Shown: piece after piece, positions 8,746 to 18,085 of the stretch | Layout of the letters: the number at the start of each line of letters is the position of its first letter | Numbering within the stretch: position 1 is the first letter of the stretch | NCBI GenBank assembly: GCA_964545475.1 | Contig: CAZJGG010000002.1 | Coordinates: 4,892 to 68,891 of the forward strand | Reading direction: 5' to 3' | DNA: 64,000 nucleotides | Source: an uncultured Eubacteriales bacterium | GTDB lineage: Bacteria > Bacillota > Clostridia > Lachnospirales > JAISER01 | The notes under the pieces: model-generated | Seen by the model: only the letters and a program-made list of their open reading frames with translations | Told to the model about the DNA's origin: nothing | Database searches by the model: none | Program-made: the position numbers and the translations under genes

Positions 8746-9549
8746 ATGGTATATGATGCTCATGTTCACTTCGGAAACGGAGAAAAAATACGAAATATTA
8801 TAAAAACCAGCGTGTTTTATGATGAATTTCCATGTTATCAAGGTGCGCAGCCAGATAAGATAGATAATTATGACAAGCTATTAAAGCAGAACGGCTTAGC
8901 CGGAGCTACGCTTATGCCTTTTGTTTTTAAAGAAAACGTGCCAAAAGAAGAAAATGCCGAACTTCTCCAATTTTGTGAAAGTAATGAAGGGTTTTACCCG
9001 TTTCTGCTTTTAGACGAAAAAGACGTTAATGCGGCGGAACAGCATAAAAACCAAATATATGGTGTAAAAGAGCACTTCATACAGACAGAAAGTGTTTTAA
9101 CCAATGAAAAAGCCCAAATTTTTGATATTGTAAATAAGTACGGTATAACGTTTGTTATTCACTCAACAGGCGCACAGCGTATTGAGTACGTTTCAAGCAT
9201 TTTAAAGCTGTTTCCCCACATAAAAATACAAATAGCCCACATGGGGCGGGGAAGCATAAACCAGCTGGATTTTATTTTTGAGGTAATGGCGGCTTTTAAG
9301 GGATATGACAATGTTTTTTATGACACTTCTACAATAAGGGATTGCAGAATATTAGAAAAATCCGTTAACTTAATTGGCCCTGAAAGAATTTTGTATGGCT
9401 CTGATTTTCCGTTTTCCATGGAAAACACAGAAGAAGATATAATAGAAAAACAAATAAGCCATGTGCTAAAATCAAAAATATCCGATGACGCAAAAGAACG
9501 TATATTAGGCGGAAATTTTAAAAATTTAATAGCAAAGCGAGATGTTTAA
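8746..9549 (+). CDS. Metal-dependent amidohydrolase-fold (TIM-barrel) hydrolase, amidohydrolase_2-like
   Basis: N-terminal DAHVHF (HxH metal motif), later IAHMGRG and YGSDFPF, as in the amidohydrolase_2 family. Lies in the same operon as the ABC importer. Confidence 0.65.
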   Translation: MVYDAHVHFGNGEKIRNIIKTSVFYDEFPCYQGAQPDKIDNYDKLLKQNGLAGATLMPFVFKENVPKEENAELLQFCESNEGFYPFLLLDEKDVNAAEQHKNQIYGVKEHFIQTESVLTNEKAQIFDIVNKYGITFVIHSTGAQRIEYVSSILKLFPHIKIQIAHMGRGSINQLDFIFEVMAAFKGYDNVFYDTSTIRDCRILEKSVNLIGPERILYGSDFPFSMENTEEDIIEKQISHVLKSKISDDAKERILGGNFKNLIAKRDV

Positions 9550-9551
9550 TT

Positions 9552-10304
9552 TTGAAAGGTATAAAACTTAAAGAAATAACTCACAAGCAATGCAAACCTT
9601 TGCTTAACGAAGATGCTATAGTAGTTTTGCCAATTGGAGGCGGAGTTAAGGAGCACGGCTCACATTTGCCTCTTGGAACAGACTTTTTTGTTACAGATTT
9701 TATAGCAGAAAAAGTTGTGGAGCGCAACGAAGTTTTGCTCTTGCCAACGCTTCCTTACGCATACTTCCCGGCTTTTGTGGATTGGGAAGGCAGCGTTTCC
9801 ATACAAGCAGACAACTTTATTGCTTATGTAAAAGACATAATATTAAGTTTTCAGAAATTCGGCGTAAAAAAGTTTTTAATAATTGACGGCGGTGTATCTA
9901 CTCAACAGCCTCTTATAATACTATCCAGAACTTTGTTTAACGAATATGGCATACATGTAGCGTTAACAAACATTTTAGGATTAGGCAGAGAAGTTGAAAA
10001 AGAAATTTGCCAGCAAAAGCAAGGCGGCCACGGTGACGAAACCGAGACAAGCTGTATGCTTCATATTAATGAAAAATTAGTAAAAATGGAAGAGACCTGC
10101 GAAGAATACACTACACCTGCTCCGGGATGCTCTGTTAACGGTATTTTAAAAGTTTATATGCCCGGTAAAATGGACACGAAAAGCGGAATTAACGGTAACA
10201 GTACCCTTGCCACTAAAGAAAAAGGCGAAAAAGTTTTAAATGCAATGATAGATGATATTTGCAATTTTTTAGACAATTTTCGCAATTTTAGGGGAAATAA
10301 TTAA
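9552..10304 (+). CDS. Creatininase-family amidohydrolase
   Basis: LPIGGGVKEHGSHLPLGTD and GGHGDETETSCML resemble the creatininase-family metal-binding motifs. TTG start 2 nt after the upstream stop. Confidence 0.7.
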   Translation: MKGIKLKEITHKQCKPLLNEDAIVVLPIGGGVKEHGSHLPLGTDFFVTDFIAEKVVERNEVLLLPTLPYAYFPAFVDWEGSVSIQADNFIAYVKDIILSFQKFGVKKFLIIDGGVSTQQPLIILSRTLFNEYGIHVALTNILGLGREVEKEICQQKQGGHGDETETSCMLHINEKLVKMEETCEEYTTPAPGCSVNGILKVYMPGKMDTKSGINGNSTLATKEKGEKVLNAMIDDICNFLDNFRNFRGNN

Positions 10305-11533
10305 TGACTAATAAAAATTACTTGGACTATTATGCTTATAAATCCCAAAATGGGGAGCAAATTAAGTTTGTCAGCGGCGATGGAGCGGCTTTAACAGATG
10401 AAAGAGGCTGTACTTATATAGATTTAGATGAAATTATTAATATTTTAGGGCAAAATAATCAAGAATTTAATAATCGGATTATGAGCGTATTGACCGGGCC
10501 GGATATGGCGAAAGGGGGCGTCCACCCTCAAAAGGAAGCTCTTATTCAAAGCTTATTAGAAATAACAGAAGACAAGTTTAATAAAATGTTTTTTGCTTCC
10601 AGCGCCAGCGAATCTGTGGAATCAGCAATAAAACTGGCGAAGAAAGCTACCGGAAGAACAGAAATATTATGTTTTTGGAACAGCGTTCACGGTCGTACTT
10701 ATGTTAGTTCGTCTGTTTCTGGCAAAAAAAACAGAAAAAACGGTTATGGTCCGTTAGCAGCAGGGGTTGTGTACAGTCCATACCCAAAATGTATATGCTG
10801 TATACATAATCTTTGCTCGGAAAACTGCGGTTTTAAATGTATTGAGCATTTGGACAGAATTGTAGACAATGAATCTGCTGATGATATTGCGGCATTAATT
10901 ATTGAACCCATACAAACATTTGAAGGAAACTGCCCACCGGAGGGTTATTTAAAAAGGTTATTTGAATGGGCTAAGGCAAAAGACATTTTGGTTATCTTTG
11001 ACGAAGTGCAAAGCGGCATAGGCCGCACAGGGAAAATGTTTCGGTATATGCATGAAGAAATTACGCCGGATATTCTTTTGACGGGTAAAGGCCTTGGCAA
11101 CGGCATACATATATCTGCTCTTTTGTTTAACGAAGGGATTGTGCCTGAAAAGGATTTAAGAATACTTGCCGGAGGCAGCGGAGATAACGAAGTTTCGTGC
11201 GCCGCAGCGGCGGCAGTGCTATCTTATGTTAAAAAGCCAGAGACTATTGAGAGAATAGCAAAAATCGGGCAAATGCTTAAGACTGCTGTTAATGGAGTTA
11301 AAGAAAAATACGGCTTTATTGAACAAGTGCGTGGCGACGGTTTGATGATTGCCATTGAATTTACAACAGAAGAAATTTGCAATAAAATACTTCAAGTTTT
11401 AATAGATAATAAATTTATAATTATGGCTGTTAACAAAACACTTATTTTTAAACCACCGTTGGTTTTGACAGAAGTACAGGCGCAAAGTTTTATTAGCACT
11501 TTGTTAAAATCTTTTGATGAAGTTTCTTTGTAA
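10304..11533 (+). CDS. Class-III (PLP-dependent) aminotransferase
   Basis: DEVQSGIGRTGKMF, then PDILLTGKGLGNG carrying the candidate PLP lysine. Start overlaps the upstream stop (TAATG). Confidence 0.85.
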   Translation: MTNKNYLDYYAYKSQNGEQIKFVSGDGAALTDERGCTYIDLDEIINILGQNNQEFNNRIMSVLTGPDMAKGGVHPQKEALIQSLLEITEDKFNKMFFASSASESVESAIKLAKKATGRTEILCFWNSVHGRTYVSSSVSGKKNRKNGYGPLAAGVVYSPYPKCICCIHNLCSENCGFKCIEHLDRIVDNESADDIAALIIEPIQTFEGNCPPEGYLKRLFEWAKAKDILVIFDEVQSGIGRTGKMFRYMHEEITPDILLTGKGLGNGIHISALLFNEGIVPEKDLRILAGGSGDNEVSCAAAAAVLSYVKKPETIERIAKIGQMLKTAVNGVKEKYGFIEQVRGDGLMIAIEFTTEEICNKILQVLIDNKFIIMAVNKTLIFKPPLVLTEVQAQSFISTLLKSFDEVSL

Positions 11534-11550
11534 AGCTATAATACAAAAAT

Positions 11551-11585
11551 AAGGGTGTGTCTTTAAAGACGCACCCTTATTTTTG
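11551..11585 (+). terminator. Rho-independent terminator ending the ABC/amidohydrolase/aminotransferase operon
   Basis: Stem aagggtgtgtcttt / aaagacgcaccctt followed by ATTTTTG. Confidence 0.8.
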
Positions 11586-11597
11586 CCATAATTCTTT

Positions 11598-11740
11598 TGC
11601 ACAATGCCATTTGGAACTCGGAACGTTCCCTACAAATCTATTTTAAAAATGACATAATGGAACATAAGAATGCAATATTGTAGGGAGCGCATTGTATGCG
11701 TTCCGCAGGCTGACAACAGTCCTTGTCGGAAGCCTGAGGC
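11598..11740. repeat. Composite palindromic intergenic element (copy E2; shares a GTAGGGAACG arm with 4839-4895)
   Basis: gaacgttccctacaa (11621-11635) pairs with ttgtagggagcgc (11678-11690). A second hairpin caggctgacaa...ttgtcggaagcctg lies at about 11705-11735. Sits between convergent operons. Confidence 0.5.
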
Positions 11741-11746
11741 CATTTT

Positions 11747-13117
11747 TTATTTAAACATATTCTCGTATAATTCTATTTTTTTATAAACCTGTGATTTTTC
11801 CGGTCCGCCGTCAACGCCTCTTGCGTCAACGCAAGCTTCAATGGAAATTCTGTCGTAAACAGTTTCATCAAAGACTTCAGAAGCGGCTTTAAGCTCTTCT
11901 AAAGTAAGCTGTTCAAGGCTTTTTTTGTTTTCAATGCAGTATAAAACAAGTTTGCCGATAACTTCGTGGGCATCTCTAAATGGGACGCCTTTTTTTACAA
12001 GCCAGTCTGCTGCATCTGTAGCGTTAACAAAGCCGTCGCCGCAAGCTTTGCGCATATTTGGCTTGTTTACGCTCATTGTGTCAAGCATTCCGCAAAATAC
12101 AGGCAAACACATTTTAACAGTGTCTACTGCATCAAAAACCGATTCTTTATCCTCTTGCATGTCTTTGTTATATGCAAGGGGTAACCCCTTCATAACGGTT
12201 AAAAGCCCAAATAACGAGCCGTAAACACGCCCTGTTTTACCACGAATAAGCTCTGCCATATCCGGGTTCTTTTTTTGGGGCATAATGCTTGAGCCTGTAG
12301 AATAAGAGTCGTCAAGGTCAATAAATTTAAATTCGTAGCTGCTCCATAAAATAATTTCTTCACAAAAGCGGCTTAAATGCATCATAAGTATGGACAAAAC
12401 GCTTAAAAGTTCTATGCAAAAATCTCTGTCAGAAACGGCATCCATAGAGTTTCTCGTAATGTTTTCAAAGCCTAAAGCTTCGGCAACAAAATTACGGTCT
12501 ATATTATATGTATTTCCGGCAAGAGCTCCTGCGCCCAAAGGCATATAATCTGTTCTTTTTGCCGCATCAGAAAGCCTTTCAGAGTCTCTTAAAAGCATTT
12601 CAAAATAAGCAAGTAAGTGGTGAGCAAAATTAATAGGCTGAGCCCGTTGCAAATGTGTATACCCGGGTAATACAGTGTCTACATTTTCCTTTGCAATACG
12701 TAATATTACATGCTGCAATTTAGCAATCATTTCCTTTATTTCGGAAATTTCTGCTTTTACAAACATACGCATGTCTAGGGCAACTTGGTCGTTGCGGCTT
12801 CTGCCTGTATGAAGCATTTTGCCGGCCTCACCGATTCTGCTGATTAAGATAGTTTCGATATTCATATGAATATCTTCGGCTTTTTCGTCAAAGGTAAGTT
12901 TGCCGTTTTTATAATCATCTAAAATTTCATTTAAAGTTTTTTCTATAAGCTTTGCGCTTTCAAGGGGAATAATTTCTTGCTTGCCAAGCATTTTTACATG
13001 AGCGATACTGCCTAATATATCATATTCCGCAAGCCTTTTGTCAAATGTAACGGAAGAATGGAAATGATCCGTCAATTCGTCTGTTGCTTTAACAAATCTA
13101 CCGCCCCAAAGCTTCAT
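11747..13117 (-). CDS. argH: Argininosuccinate lyase
   Basis: MKLWGGRF N-terminus, fumarate-lyase signature GSSIMPQKKNPD, 456 aa. Confidence 0.95.
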   Translation of the reverse strand: MKLWGGRFVKATDELTDHFHSSVTFDKRLAEYDILGSIAHVKMLGKQEIIPLESAKLIEKTLNEILDDYKNGKLTFDEKAEDIHMNIETILISRIGEAGKMLHTGRSRNDQVALDMRMFVKAEISEIKEMIAKLQHVILRIAKENVDTVLPGYTHLQRAQPINFAHHLLAYFEMLLRDSERLSDAAKRTDYMPLGAGALAGNTYNIDRNFVAEALGFENITRNSMDAVSDRDFCIELLSVLSILMMHLSRFCEEIILWSSYEFKFIDLDDSYSTGSSIMPQKKNPDMAELIRGKTGRVYGSLFGLLTVMKGLPLAYNKDMQEDKESVFDAVDTVKMCLPVFCGMLDTMSVNKPNMRKACGDGFVNATDAADWLVKKGVPFRDAHEVIGKLVLYCIENKKSLEQLTLEELKAASEVFDETVYDRISIEACVDARGVDGGPEKSQVYKKIELYENMFK

Positions 13118-14349
13118 TATTTTTGCTCCTTTATGCTCATTTCCATAAGAGCTCTGTGTTTAAGAGATAAGCCGAAAAGGTTAATAAAGCCCTCTGCATC
13201 GTAATGGTTAAATAATTCCCCAGTTGTAAAGCTTGCCAATGATTCGTTATATAAAGAATAGATTGAAGAGCTTCCGGCGGAAATTATATTGCCTTTATAA
13301 AGCTTAAGTTTAACAGTACCAGTTACATTTTCTTGTGTTTTGTCAATAAATGCAGACAATGCTTCTCTTAACGGTGTAAACCATTCTCCGGAATAAATAA
13401 GCTCTGCAAGTTTTGTTCCAACAATTTCTTTAAAAGATGTTGTTTGTTTATCTAAACATAAATATTCAAGCTCCCTGTGAGCATAATATAAAATTGAGCC
13501 ACCTGGTGTTTCATAAACACCACGAGATTTCATACCAACAACACGGTTTTCAACTAAATCTGTAATACCAATGCCGTTAGCTCCGCCAACTTCGTTTAAT
13601 TTATCCATTAAATCTACAGGATTTATAACTTCTCCGTTATACTTAACAGGAATGCCTTTTTCAAATGTAAGTTCAATGTATGTAGGTTTGTCCGGTGCTT
13701 TTTCTGGTGTAACAGAAAGCTGTAAAAGTTTTTCAAAGTTTGGTTCTGTGTCCGGCTTTTCAAGCTCAAGCCCTTCATGGCTTAAATGCCATAAGTTTCT
13801 GTCACGGCTGTAGCTATCTTCTTTTTGCATAGGCACTTCAATGCCTCTTTTTTCCAAATATGCAATTTCTTCTTCACGAGAGGAAATATCCCAAGTACGC
13901 CAAGGCGCAATTATTTTAAGCTGGGGCGCAATTGCCTTAATAGCAAGCTCAAAACGGATTTGGTCATTTCCTTTACCCGTTGCTCCGTGGCAAATAGCCG
14001 TTGCGTTTTCTTTAAGTGCAATATCAACCAATACTTTACCAATCAGAGGTCGGGCAATAGCAGTTCCGAGTAAATACTTGTCTTCATAAACAGTACCGCT
14101 TTTTAACATTGGATAAATATAATCCGTAAGTAATTCCTCTCGCACATCTAAAATATAACATTTAGAAGCGCCAGTTTTTTTAGCTTTTTCTTCAAGGCCG
14201 TCTGTTTCAGAACCCTGACCTACGTCTACGCAAACGCATATAATTTCGCAATTTGGATATTGCTCTTTAAGCCAAGGAATGATTACGGTTGTGTCCAAGC
14301 CGCCTGAGTAGGCTAAAACAATTTTCTCATTATCTGTTATTTTTCCCAT
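13117..14349 (-). CDS. argG: Argininosuccinate synthase
   Basis: [11 protein letters not shown]-loop and [13 protein letters not shown]. The stop overlaps the argH start by 1 nt (TAATG). Confidence 0.95.
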   Translation of the reverse strand: MGKITDNEKIVLAYSGGLDTTVIIPWLKEQYPNCEIICVCVDVGQGSETDGLEEKAKKTGASKCYILDVREELLTDYIYPMLKSGTVYEDKYLLGTAIARPLIGKVLVDIALKENATAICHGATGKGNDQIRFELAIKAIAPQLKIIAPWRTWDISSREEEIAYLEKRGIEVPMQKEDSYSRDRNLWHLSHEGLELEKPDTEPNFEKLLQLSVTPEKAPDKPTYIELTFEKGIPVKYNGEVINPVDLMDKLNEVGGANGIGITDLVENRVVGMKSRGVYETPGGSILYYAHRELEYLCLDKQTTSFKEIVGTKLAELIYSGEWFTPLREALSAFIDKTQENVTGTVKLKLYKGNIISAGSSSIYSLYNESLASFTTGELFNHYDAEGFINLFGLSLKHRALMEMSIKEQK

Positions 14350-14618
14350 TTCTTATTCCTCCTGATTTTGGTTGTAGCTAATAATTATACATGATTAGTT
14401 GAAATTAGCAAGTGGTTAAGATAGAAAAAATACAAGTGGCAAATTAGACATTTACGTCAATATTATTTTTAGAATACATATAATGTAAAGATTTTTGTTA
14501 ACATCAACTATTTTGTTGTTTTATGATAATTTTTTTTGTTGAAAGTTAACAATTTACTATGCTGAACTGTATAGATAACACACATGTGCGGAATGTATAA
14601 AATAATGATGAAACCCAC

Positions 14619-14647
14619 TTGCATATTTATAAATAAAAATGTATAAT
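14619..14647 (+). promoter_or_regulatory. Candidate sigma-A promoter for argC, with an A/T-rich ARG-box-like spacer
   Basis: TTGCAT (14619-14624), a 17-nt spacer, then TATAAT (14642-14647), 25 nt upstream of the argC ATG. GGGAGG RBS at 14662. Confidence 0.5.
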
Positions 14648-14672
14648 ATGAAAAAAATTTCGGGAGGTTAGC

Positions 14673-15722
14673 ATGATAAATGTAGGAATAATCGGTGCGA
14701 CAGGCTATGGGGGCGGCGAACTGGTACGAATTTTGTCAGCTCACCCCATGGTTAAAATCAAGCACATAACAAGCCAAAGCTACATAAACAAGCCGTTTTA
14801 CGAGACATTTGGGAACTTTTTAAACGTTAATGACATTGTGTGCGAAGAAGAAAATCTTGAAAAAATGGCGGAAGACTGTGATTGCATTTTTATTGCCTTA
14901 CCACATGGCGTTGCAAGCCGAAAAGTTAACGCTGAAATACTTAACAAAGTTAAAATTATTGATTTTGGGGCGGATTTTCGGCTTAAAGACGTAGATATTT
15001 ACGAAAAGTGGTACGGCGTAGAACATGGCGCAAAAGAGCTTTTGGTCGAGGCTGTTTACGGTCTTAGTGAGCTTAACCGGGATAATATTAAAAATGCCAG
15101 ATTAATCGCCAATCCTGGGTGCTACACAACATGCTCTATTTTATGCCTTCACCCTCTTCTTGCGGAAGGGCTTATAGAGAAAGACGGCATTATTATTGAT
15201 GCAAAGTCCGGGGTTTCCGGTGCTGGGCGAGGTCTTGACTTAGGAGTACATTTTAACGAGGTTAACGAATCCATTAAACCGTATAAAGTTGCCGGGCACA
15301 GACACACGCCGGAAATTGAAGAGCAACTTTCATATGCCTTAAACGACGGAAATAGTATTACACTTAGCTTTACTCCGCATTTAATCCCTATGAACAGAGG
15401 GGTTATGACCACATGTTATGCCAGACCGAAAAAAGGGGTTAATTACGCCCAAATTAAACAAGCCTTTGAAAACTTCTACAAAGATGAACTTTTTATAAGA
15501 ATGACACGACAAGGAACATTTCCGGAAACGAAATGGGTTAAAGCATCAAATTTTTGCGATATTGGCTTTACTCTTGATGAACGTACAAACAACTTAGTAA
15601 TTGTTGGCGCTCTTGACAACCTTGTTAAAGGTGCGGCAGGCCAGGCAGTGCAAAACATGAACATTACATTTTGCTTAAACGAAAAAACAGGTTTAAATTA
15701 TGTTCCTATTTTCCCTTGCTAG
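14673..15722 (+). CDS. argC: N-acetyl-gamma-glutamyl-phosphate reductase
   Basis: GATGYGGGELVRIL NAD-binding N-terminus and active-site ANPGCYTT. Confidence 0.95.
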   Translation: MINVGIIGATGYGGGELVRILSAHPMVKIKHITSQSYINKPFYETFGNFLNVNDIVCEEENLEKMAEDCDCIFIALPHGVASRKVNAEILNKVKIIDFGADFRLKDVDIYEKWYGVEHGAKELLVEAVYGLSELNRDNIKNARLIANPGCYTTCSILCLHPLLAEGLIEKDGIIIDAKSGVSGAGRGLDLGVHFNEVNESIKPYKVAGHRHTPEIEEQLSYALNDGNSITLSFTPHLIPMNRGVMTTCYARPKKGVNYAQIKQAFENFYKDELFIRMTRQGTFPETKWVKASNFCDIGFTLDERTNNLVIVGALDNLVKGAAGQAVQNMNITFCLNEKTGLNYVPIFPC

Positions 15723-15797
15723 AGCTGTTTTTGCAAATAGCTATAATGTCCGTATTTGTAGAGATAACACACGTTATAAAAAAATCGGAGGCTAAAG

Positions 15798-17027
15798 ATG
15801 AACGATATATATAACTATACATTTCCAAAAGGCTTTTATGCTGCTGGCGGCTTTTGCGGTATAAAAAGGCAAAAAAAGGATATTTCACTTATAAAAACAG
15901 AAAAAAAAGCTGTTGCCGCAGGCTGTTTTACAACAAATAAAGTTAAAGCTGCGCCTGTTGTTTATGATATGGAAGTTTTAGACAAAAAAGGCGAAATAGC
16001 AGGAATTGTAATTAACAGCGGCAATGCAAATGCCTGCACAGGCGAGCAGGGGCTTATTGACACTAAAAAAATGGCAGAGCAATACGCAAGCCAATTGGGA
16101 GCAAGGGCTGATGAAGTGCTTATATGCTCAACAGGAGTTATCGGCGTAAATTTGCCTATGGAAAAAATTATGTCAGGCATTACGGACTTTTCAAAAGCAT
16201 TGGACATTACCCCGGAAAGCTTTAAAAACGCCGCAGAAGCTATAATGACTACAGACACTTTTATGAAAACTGTAAATGTTTCTGTTGAAATAGGCGGCAA
16301 GGAAGTAAATATTTTTGGCATGGCAAAAGGCTCGGGGATGATTCACCCTAATATGGCCACAATGCTGTCATTTATATTAACAGATGCCGACATTACAAGA
16401 GAAAACCTGCAAGATGCCTTAACTGAAAGCACTGGAGATAGCTACAACATGATTTCTGTTGACGGCGACACAAGCACAAACGACACGGTTTTAGTATTAG
16501 CTAACGGCATGGCAGGGAACAAACCTATAACAGAAAAAAATGAAGATTATAATAAATTCTTTTCGGCGTTAAATGAAGTTAACGTAACCTTAGCAAAGCT
16601 TATTGCAAGAGACGGCGAAGGCGCAACAAAGCTTATTGAAGCAACGGCAAACGGCGCAATTTCTTCAGAAGACGCAAAGAAAATAGCAAAATCAGTAATT
16701 TCTTCAAGCCTTTTTAAAGCGGCAATGTTTGGAGAGGATGCTAACTGGGGCAGGGCTCTTTGCGCAATGGGCTACAGCGGAGGAGAATTTGATCCTAGCC
16801 TTGTTACGTTGGATTTTTACTCCTTTGATGAAGATAAAAAAGAGGAAATAAGGCTTATTGAAAATGGTGAACCTATAGTTTTCGACGAAGACCTTGCAAA
16901 AAGGATTCTAAAGAGAAAAGACATTTTTGTAGACATAAACTTGAAGCAGGGTGAGTATTGCGCAACAGCATGGGGCTGCGACCTTACCTACGATTATGTA
17001 AAAATCAACGGTGACTACAGGTCATAG
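15798..17027 (+). CDS. argJ: Bifunctional ornithine acetyltransferase / N-acetylglutamate synthase
   Basis: Self-cleavage site PNMATMLSFILTDA and C-terminal YVKINGDYRS, typical of ArgJ. Confidence 0.95.
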   Translation: MNDIYNYTFPKGFYAAGGFCGIKRQKKDISLIKTEKKAVAAGCFTTNKVKAAPVVYDMEVLDKKGEIAGIVINSGNANACTGEQGLIDTKKMAEQYASQLGARADEVLICSTGVIGVNLPMEKIMSGITDFSKALDITPESFKNAAEAIMTTDTFMKTVNVSVEIGGKEVNIFGMAKGSGMIHPNMATMLSFILTDADITRENLQDALTESTGDSYNMISVDGDTSTNDTVLVLANGMAGNKPITEKNEDYNKFFSALNEVNVTLAKLIARDGEGATKLIEATANGAISSEDAKKIAKSVISSSLFKAAMFGEDANWGRALCAMGYSGGEFDPSLVTLDFYSFDEDKKEEIRLIENGEPIVFDEDLAKRILKRKDIFVDINLKQGEYCATAWGCDLTYDYVKINGDYRS

Positions 17028-17037
17028 GAGGAAGCCC

Positions 17038-17898
17038 GTGAAAAAATATATTGAAAAGGCCAACATACTTGTTGAAGCCTTGCCTTACATAAAGGAGTTT
17101 AACGGAATAACCGTTGTAATAAAATACGGCGGAAGCGCATTAGTAAACGAGGAAATTAACAAAACACTAATACAAGATATTGCCCTTATGAAGTATGTAG
17201 GTTTACGTCCGGTTGTTGTTCACGGCGGAGGTCCTGAAATTAATTCTATGCTTTCCCGTCTTGATATAAAAAGCGAATTTGTTGACGGATTAAGGGTTAC
17301 TTCTGATGAAACAATGGAAGTTGTGGAAATGGTTTTAACCGGGAAAGTTAACAAAGAGCTTTCTACAAAAATTTCTCTTCAAGGCATTATGTCCGTAGGA
17401 ATATGCGGAAAAGACGGAAAAATGCTTACAGTTGAAAAGCTTTTGCCAAACGGAAAAGACTTAGGGCGAGTAGGGGAAATTAAGAGCGTTAACACTGATT
17501 TAATAAATACTCTTTTGGAAAATGATTTTGTGCCGGTAATTTCTCCTGTTGCCATTGATGAAAACGGCGTAAGTTATAACGTAAATGCAGATTATGCCGC
17601 TGTTGCAATAGCAGGGGCGTTAAAAGCGGAAAAGCTTGTTTTTATAACTGATGTTTCGGGAATTTTGCTGGACGTTAATGACCCAACAAGCGTTTGTTCT
17701 CATTTGCACGTTGACGAAATAAGAGCCATGATAAAATCAGGGGCGATTAAAGGCGGAATGCTTCCGAAAGTTGAATGCTGCCTTGCTGGTGTTGAAGCCG
17801 GAGTAGAAAACGTCCATGTTTTAGATGGAGGGCTTGAACACTGCCTTATATTAGAAATATTTACAAAAAAAGGAATCGGAACTCTTATTGAAAAATAG
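17038..17898 (+). CDS. argB: Acetylglutamate kinase
   Basis: VIKYGGSA and VVVHGGGPEI motifs. The GTG at 17038 follows AGGAGG at 17026, so the ORF-track start at 17011 is probably too far upstream. Confidence 0.93.
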   Translation: MKKYIEKANILVEALPYIKEFNGITVVIKYGGSALVNEEINKTLIQDIALMKYVGLRPVVVHGGGPEINSMLSRLDIKSEFVDGLRVTSDETMEVVEMVLTGKVNKELSTKISLQGIMSVGICGKDGKMLTVEKLLPNGKDLGRVGEIKSVNTDLINTLLENDFVPVISPVAIDENGVSYNVNADYAAVAIAGALKAEKLVFITDVSGILLDVNDPTSVCSHLHVDEIRAMIKSGAIKGGMLPKVECCLAGVEAGVENVHVLDGGLEHCLILEIFTKKGIGTLIEK

Positions 17899-17905
17899 TC
17901 ATCTA

Positions 17906-18071
17906 AGAGCCTGTTAAGAATCTCCATTTCAGTGTCTTTTCGGCAAATTTTTTGAATCGCTGCGTCAGTGGCAAACGCCCATACTTTTTATAGTATGAAC
18001 GTTCCCCACTTCCTTTCGATTCAAAAAATTTGCTCAAAAATCCACTAAAAGCGAGATTCTGAACTGGCTCT
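17906..18071 (-). repeat. Long palindromic intergenic repeat, family C copy 1 (about 166 nt; core motif on minus strand)
   Basis: Termini agagcctgttaagaatctc / gagattctgaactggctct. About 80 percent similar by eye to the inverted copy at 28770-28920. Lies inside the arg operon between argB and argD. Confidence 0.8.
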
Positions 18072-18085
18072 AAAGGGGGATTTTT

